Positions 26,880-33,253 of a stretch of DNA of 33,253 bases are shown piece after piece. Below the pieces are notes generated by a model. The model was not told the origin of the DNA. It did no database searches and saw nothing but the letters and a program-made list of their open reading frames with translations. A program made the position numbers and the translations under genes. The stretch lies in NCBI GenBank assembly GCA_023645945.1, contig JALAIB010000091.1:1-33253 (forward strand), given 5' to 3'. Within the stretch, counting starts at the first letter, position 1. Every line of letters begins with the position of its first letter. The stretch is from Diploschistes diacapsis. Its lineage: Eukaryota.

Positions 26880-26935
26880 TGGGAATTGAGAAGGAAAGAA
26901 AGAGAAGATGGGGGACTTGGGCAGTTTATATAGTT
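26880..26935 (-). promoter_or_regulatory. TATA box plus pyrimidine-rich (CT) box core promoter
   Basis: The minus strand reads TATATAAA (26932-26925), then CCCCCATCTTCTCTTTCTTTCCTTCTC, then ATG ~26876. This is the typical filamentous-fungal core promoter layout. Confidence 0.5.
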
Positions 26936-27345
26936 TCCTAGATTCACCGGAATTGCATTTATGACTGGAAGCAAACACGGACTCACAGACCTTAATATGA
27001 CATACCAGCAAGCAGCAGCAAGAACCAAGGTAAAGTGAATGCTGATCCGTGCCGAACGTGTTTGTGGATCCGTCAACAGCACGTGATCTCTATCGCTCTA
27101 GGCTGCACTATGTTTGCAAATAATACGAGTCAAAGAACATACTGGGTGCTTCATCGCGTCTAGCATATCAACAGAGTCAAGACAAGGTCGCTCAAATAAT
27201 TCTTATTGCAGGTAACAAATGGGGTATCATCCACAATTCAACCCTCAACGCCGTAGCCATTGCCCCTTGCAAGATCGCTATGCCACTCCAGCCCAAGTCC
27301 GCGGGAGAGGCAACTCGACGAATGCGTATGATCACCGCCAACGCC

Positions 27346-28766
27346 TCACGGCTCCCCCACCCCGTTCTTCACCCCTCTCAACACCGGCCATCCAAACTCC
27401 TCCTCGAACCTCTCCGGCTCCATCCCCAACGCCGCCCTGTATCCCCTAACCTCGTTCTGCAGTCCCGCAATAATCTCCACGTCGGGCACGCTCTCCTCGC
27501 ACCGTAGCCTATATGCCGTCCTGATCTTGCCCTCCAGTTCAATGATCTTGGCCACGTACCCATCCCGCTCGAAGCGCGTCTGCAGGTGCTCGTCGCGCTC
27601 GGCCTGCAACATGGTGAGGTAGCGCGAGGCGATGCCCGTTTTCTCCTCGGCCTGGGCGCGCGCGAAGTCGCGCAGCATGCCAACGACTTTATCGAGTGCT
27701 TGTTCGTATTCGCCGATCAGGCGCCCGTTTTCGCGCTGCTCGCGTTTGAGGACGCGGATGAGGGAGTCGGCGGAGGAGAGCTTTTGGGTGAGGCCGGCGA
27801 TGCGGCCATCCGCAACACGGGCGGCTGTGGAGGGGGTTAGCAGGGATATTTGCTGGGCTTGTTTGCACGTAGAGTTGAAGAGAGCAGGAATGAGGGTCAG
27901 TGTGTGCGCAGGCAGGATGAAGAGACAAACATGAGATTTCGGTGTTAGCTTCCTGTAGACTCGGTGGCGCATTCGAGGAAATAGCGCGTCTCTGCGTCAC
28001 CTATAGTCAGCGCATGCATTCCATATATTCGTTTGAAGAAGAAACGCACAGCAAGCTGTTCCGTACTAGCAATAAGCTGTTGCGTCTGCGCCCTATTCGC
28101 ACGATGTTGTTCGCTCAATTCCGCCAGCTTCGTGTGGATGTAGTTGATATCCATTTGCTGTCCCGCATGCACTAGCAAGCCGCCGGCCGCCATGCCGTTC
28201 ATTGCAGGCGCAACCCCGTTACTGGGACCCTGTGGGTTCGGCGATGGCGGCTGATTCTGTTGTTGATTTAAGCCCGTTTGGCTGCTCTGGCGCTGCATCG
28301 CCATCGAAGATGGAGGCGTGTTGCTGACGCTGCTGGTGTCGCGGCTGTTGCGCCACTCTGCGATTCTTTCTTCAGCGGTTTTGTCTTTACTGCTAGTGCT
28401 ATAGGCGCTGAAGTTGCTGCACGAACGACGATGAGTTATGCGCGCTTCGTTGAGAAATTTAGGAAAGCCACCGTGACTAGATTCGACGTTAGGTGAACCC
28501 TCGCCGGAGACGGTCTGGCCGAGCGCTAGGTTGATAGCACCAAGGTCGATAGAAGTCTCACCACGGGGAACGCGCTTGCCGGTGTCTTTGTTGTCGGAGC
28601 AGGAGGAGACTTTTGAGTCTGTAACGGGTTCGATGAGGGAGAAGATGGAGGAAAGGTGTGAGGAGCTTGAGGTTTCGTCCGCTTCAGATGCAGATCGACC
28701 TTGAGCTGCGAGTGCTGAGTCTCTATGTTTGGCCCTACGGCTCTTACGACCTTCCTTTTCCTCCAT
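27346..28766 (-). CDS. Coiled-coil protein resembling the STRIPAK SIKE-like subunit (Sordaria SCI1 / Aspergillus SipB type), 3 exons (28766-28050, 27991-27931, 27824-27346), ~418 aa
   Basis: Start in CCCACCATGG context at 28766. Introns 27992-28049 (GTGCGT..GCTGAC..CAG) and 27825-27930 (GTTTGT..GCTAAC..CAG) give the in-frame sequence GQQMDINYIHTKLAELSEQHRANRAQTQQLIASTEQLARRAISSNAPPSLQEANTEISSAR..LIGEYEQAL..MLRDF..YLTMLQAERDEHL..IIAGLQNEVRGYRAALG. The gene structure is well supported. The SCI1/SipB assignment is from recall, and the start codon could lie further downstream (MAMQRQ ~28304). Confidence 0.75.
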
Positions 28767-29099
28767 GGTGGGTGATTGGTCCGGCTGAGTTGGATCTAGA
28801 GCCGGTGAACTTAGTGGGACCGACCCGTGTCGGCAGATGCTCCTCCTTGGTGGCCATTTTGCCTGCCCCATTTGGATACGCCTTGTAGGGCGGGAGTATG
28901 TAAACAGAAGATGCGTTATCAAAACGCCACGTCTGTTGATCTGGTAATAGAAAGTAAAAGGAAATATTCACATTGTTGTATCTATATACTATGTTTGGGT
29001 GTTCGAGATACAAGGAAACATGTTCCAAACCAAGGCAGCTAGAGCATTCCCGAACAGATCAAATATGCAAGTCAAGTCCCTGGAGCTCCTTATAGCATA

Positions 29100-31950
29100 C
29101 CTTGACCGCTTAAAAAGTTCTTCCTCCATTCCAAGTGTTTGATATTCTTATATCTTCTTCACCAGTTCTTTCCCTATTGTAATTGGATACTGGATGACAT
29201 TTGCCGCTAGTGCTCGATAACATCGAGCATTTCCCTGAACAATAGCTGGTCTACAGCCTGTACCTTGCGGTACTCGTGGAAATGCATTTCATGAAGCACC
29301 CACCTCGGACATTGTTTCACCTAGTATAAGGTCAGGCATGCTGTCTGAGGAACTCAAAGATCATGGACTGGATTGCACGTCGTTGTCATCTTCAACTATA
29401 GTGGCGGCCCAGCTCTTCCGGCGCCTGCTGAAGTTTCGACGGTTTTCTTAATCAATGGTTCATATTTATATTATCAAGTTTGAAGTACCCTGTTTTCCTT
29501 CACCTTGCTTGAAGTTAATGGACTCAGACGGGTAAAGGAGAGTTGCTGAACAGATTAGTCCTGGGCTCATTGCAAAGAACCCACGATTCCCTGGTCCAGT
29601 TTCCGTTCTTCCTGCAGCGTTTTTCCGAGATCCTCTGATGGCGGCATGATTGGGATATTTAGGTTGTTCGGGTCGACGGGCAGGACTCTGGACAAGAGTC
29701 CGTCGCAGAACTTTCGCGACACAAGGGTTCCTCTGTCAGTAATTAGTCGAAGCAGGAGCGACTTTGCAGGCCCCGCCCCTACAAGGCTCCAACACATTCT
29801 GTCTGTGCGTATGGCGAGCTCTGTTTTCCTTTCCTGCAACCTTCTCCAAATGCAACGACGGCCCAGCCGTCCTGCTGGAACTATGTCGACGCGATGGGTC
29901 CGTTTGTCCTGCCAAGCGGACCGGAAGCCCGCCCATCCTACCCATCATCAGTTAGTGGGAAATGCAGCTCCCCGAATGAGGTAGCCAGTCGCTTGGAAGG
30001 AGCAGACCTCTTGATGGTTCCCAGGCTCCTCAGCCCAGCACCGGAGTCCCTACTTATGCAAAATGGCAATCCAAAGTGTTTCCGCATAGAAAGGAGAGAG
30101 GGCCTGTGAAGCGCCATAGAAGGGTTGACAATTTGGCAAGGAAAGGCCTGGAGCGCTCAGACAAAGCTAGAGCTAGTGGTAAAAGGAAGCCGATTCTAGA
30201 GCTCTCTGTTTGGTGCATTAGAATCCTTTTCTTAAACACATAGCCACGTTTGGATGGCGGGAGATATTTCCAGTTCCCTTTATCTCCTTATATAGTATCT
30301 TCTCCTAGCCGCCCCTGTTCATATACTTAACGCAAATTTGTCGCCAACAGACACAGCAGCGATCCTGGCCGTTATTGTCCAAAACATATTCGAGGGTCCT
30401 ATGGAGGTTGATGGTAGTCATATACAATTCGAGCATGCCTAGTTACGGCGAAAAGTCTGTGCTTCCTTGCCACTCCTGGAAATTTCAACGCGGATATGTG
30501 TCCGATGCTGCTGGGGCGATAGTCGGTCCCGGAGATCCCTTTAAAAAGTGCTCCATATCTCGCAACGCGCAACAGCAGCTTCCATCAATCCTACTTCGGT
30601 CTCTCCTGTCTTAATGTTTCCAGCACCGCGGAAACCACCTCCAGCCTCGGAACATCCGCGTAATCATCCTTCGCCTCATCGGGCTCTGCCGCGCCACGGC
30701 GGCAGCAGAAGTCTATCCCAGAGAGTGTCTAGTGGGAGCTTCTGCACCTCGACCTACATGTTGCTTTCCATCGAACTCCTCGTCTGCAAGAAGGGATGGA
30801 CAGCTTCCTGATTTTGATATCTGAGGTCAATTGGTTCGCCCACTTGGCTTAGGCGTGGACTGAGCCTGTGGGATTGTGACTTTGTCGGGGCTTGGGAAAA
30901 GGTCAATCCGCACTTCTGGCAGGGGTGTCGAAGGGCTCGTAGAATGGCTGTCTAACGGTGGGAGGTGCTTCTTGAGAGGGCAAAGAATTGGTGATGCCTA
31001 AAGTCGTCAGGATTTAGGTTTCTAGCAAATGCTTGCTAGGTTCAGATGAGTTCTCTTATATTAACTTTGGCGGGCTTTGGAGCTACTGAGGACATTGGGA
31101 ATTTGCGGGAGATAGCCCTTTTAGCAGTTCTGGCGTGATTTTTCTGATCCTCTTCTAGATATCAATCGCGATCTTGGTGGCGTTCTGGAGGTATCGAATG
31201 CGCAACCTTTCCCTCGGTGCTCCACAATCCCTCAAGATATGTGAGAGGGCCTCCGTTATCCGCTGAAACCACGATTGTCCTGCTGAATAAGTGCGCGTAT
31301 GCTAGCTTTAGCTCCACCTCGAGATCTGAAAACCCCCGCCGCCTGCTCAACCATCAGGCGCTTATTGTTCGGGTCTCGAGGGCCAGACTTGGCTTCAGCT
31401 TTCATGCCATTTACTTTGGCGTTACTGCCGCTTGCACCAACATCCGCTGGTCCGCAGTCTGCCCTGGGCTGCCACCGACTTCCGTGATAAGTACCCCCCT
31501 CGGAAACCGGATCGACATCTCATGACAAGAATAGCGAAGGAGACGCCGTAACCTCCACGGCGTATAGAGCAGACATTGCTTCCATACGAGGCCGCTTTCC
31601 TGGGTATGTTATCCGGTCTTCGAAAGTAGTCTGGCCTCTCTTGTTTCGCCATGGCTGTGGAAACGGATCCGGATAATCCCGGATCCACCACGAGTCGCAC
31701 GTTGTGCCAGATGGCTACAGGGTAACCTCCGCGATGGACAGGAAGGGGTTCCACACACGCGCGTTTTGCGCACCGAGGACGGACAGATGCGAACGACCTG
31801 GCTGCCAGACAGTTGTCTGGGTAAACGCCCCGTGTCTAGCAACGAGAGTTCTACGTCGTCTGTATAAAACTTTCGCTGTTGCTTTGGCTGGCCATCCTAG
31901 GTCGATGGAGAGGAGAGAGCCGCAGATTGTTTGGCAGATGCTGCCTTCAT
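29100..31950 (-). pseudogene. Second block of decayed coding sequence, unidentified
   Basis: Protein-like minus-strand frames with isolated stops and frameshifts: MKAASAKQSAALSSPST*DGQPKQQRKFYTDDVELSLLDTGRLP..; ..RITEALSHILRDCGAPRERLRIRYLQNATKIAIDI*KRIRKITPELL..; ..PRWVLHEMHFHEYRKVQAVDQLLFREMLDVIEH*RQ.. No ORF exceeds 112 aa. Confidence 0.4.
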
Positions 31951-31976
31951 AGCCAGTAGAAGCTTAGCTTCATTCC

Positions 31977-32005
31977 TTTTTTTCTTTTTTTTTTTTCAAT
32001 TTATT
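31977..32005 (-). repeat. A-rich tract (A12-G-A7 on the minus strand) preceded by AATAAA
   Basis: The plus strand has T runs at 31977-31983 and 31985-31996, and TTTATT at 32000-32005. Confidence 0.8.
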
Positions 32006-32351
32006 GCATTTTTTGAGACGTAGTTGCGGCAAGAGAACGAAGCTTGAGAGCATGTACATCTCCCAGCACAATGATGGCAGAAATTGTGAGCATGAATTCG
32101 TGCCAGTACCATGGAATGAGTGGGCAGGTACGGAAGCTTGAAAGAACCAGCAGTGCCAGCGGTAGTAGGCCGGATAGCTGGGACGGCCAGACATGGCAAC
32201 AAAGGGAAGACAGCTATCTAGAAGGCCAAACAGCTTCTTCACCTCCGCTTCCATTTGGCTGGTTCAGTGGCTTATGTGGGGTGAATGGGTATGTTGAGGA
32301 AGAAGAAGCCGTGATAGAGACCATGCCTCTTGAGGTCTGCCAGCGCTATTA

Positions 32352-32414
32352 CGACGGTTGAGACACGCAACTGTTGAAACCCCGGTACAACAGTTGAGAC
32401 ACCTGTCGAGAAAC
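32352..32414. repeat. Four degenerate copies of C(N)GT(T/C)GA(G/A)A(C/A), including a 9-bp inverted repeat
   Basis: Copies are CGGTTGAGACAC, CTGTTGAAACCC, CAGTTGAGACAC and CTGTCGAGAAAC. CAACTGTTG (32368-32376) and CAACAGTTG (32388-32396) are exact reverse complements with an 11-nt loop. Confidence 0.7.
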
Positions 32415-32429
32415 ATGGTGAGCGGGCTG

Positions 32430-33020
32430 AAGTGGAGAGAAGAAAACCGGGAAGAGGAGAAACGAAGAGCGGAGACGGATGGAAAAGGTTCGTTGGCGGT
32501 AGGTAGATGTCGTTCATTTCTAAGCCTGTTGTAGTGGCGATAGTAATGAGAATGAGTGATGAGGTCGATAGATGGGGAATTGTGATTGTGGTGGTCCAGC
32601 AGCAGCAGCAGAAAATAAAGAGCAAGGGGAAAAAAGAAGAGATCACACGACACAGCAATCAATAAATCACAATCAGCTACCTAGTGGCTCGGCGATGACA
32701 TCGCCGTCGTGTAACGTCCCCATTATTCATCATTCGAGACCGTTCAACATGCAAGCTTGCAACGTGCAACGCTTCCGGATCGTTGAATGAGTTTCCAGCA
32801 ACCAATGACCGGGTATGATTATGGGAGGGACTATGCTTGCTATCGCCGGCTTCTCAATCCAAGCCTCTGCGAGCTCAAACCCCCTACTGCCGCTCTCCTC
32901 CCATTCTTGTGTCTCTTGCTTGCACTCCTTGCACAGAGCTGAGCTGCATTAACGTCTTCTCGCCATCCCTTCTCTCCCGTCACCACTCTCCTCTCTTTCC
33001 TTCTTTCTACTAACTTCACT
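32430..33020. promoter_or_regulatory. Probable divergent promoter / 5'UTR region
   Basis: CT-rich tracts on the minus strand at ~32430-32640 and on the plus strand at ~32890-33020 face away from each other, as expected for head-to-head fungal transcripts. The plus-strand gene would start beyond the window. Confidence 0.45.
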
Positions 33021-33253
33021 AGACACGACCCACCGACGGGGAGAAGCCGCCGGAAACGAGGAAAGGGGAAAGACAGCGAATAGCCCTCCACCCTCTCTCC
33101 ACTTGATGACCCTAGGACTCCACCAGACCAGAGACCAAGGGGAGCAAAGCAAAGAGGGAGGGTTGGTGGGGAATGCAGCAAGACCTGATAGATCTTCACT
33201 TTTACGCAAAATGTATAATGTCTCTACCCCCTACCCTACCCTCCCTCACACCC

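Noticed and set aside
4300..27000. Definite Starship, LTR retrotransposon or DNA transposon call
   Set aside because: I recognised no DUF3435 recombinase, RT/integrase, DDE motifs, LTR pair or terminal inverted repeats by eye. Kept only as a hypothesis.
27219..28496. Plus-strand ORFs over the coiled-coil gene (27586-27840, 27632-27934, 28278-28496 and others)
   Set aside because: Antisense shadows of a GC-rich coding region.
32352..32414. CRISPR-like spaced repeats
   Set aside because: Eukaryotic context; the repeats are only ~12 bp and degenerate, with spacers of a few bases and no cas genes.
32840..33209. Minus-strand ORFs 32840-33199 and 32949-33209
   Set aside because: They arise from low-complexity CT/GA-rich promoter or UTR sequence, start at non-ATG codons and have no domain signal.

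Overview
Filamentous ascomycete (Pezizomycotina) nuclear DNA with short GT-AG introns carrying CTRAC-type branch sites. Only two genes look intact, both on the minus strand. One is a 5-exon C2H2 zinc-finger transcription factor (50-2551, ~759 aa). The other is a 3-exon coiled-coil protein resembling the fungal STRIPAK SIKE-like subunit SCI1/SipB (27346-28766, ~418 aa). Between them lies ~23 kb (about 4.3-27.0 kb) with no ORF above 156 aa. It reads as a string of decayed, mostly minus-strand, intron-containing genes broken by stops and frameshifts, with RIP-like TpA enrichment. The only remnant I can assign to a family is a HET-domain (HET-6-like) pseudogene at ~4.6-6.5 kb. A second decayed block sits at ~29.1-31.95 kb, followed by a probable divergent pyrimidine-rich promoter region at the right end. 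I did not recognise any transposase, reverse transcriptase, Starship captain, RNA gene or CRISPR array. All family assignments are from motif recall, not database searches.
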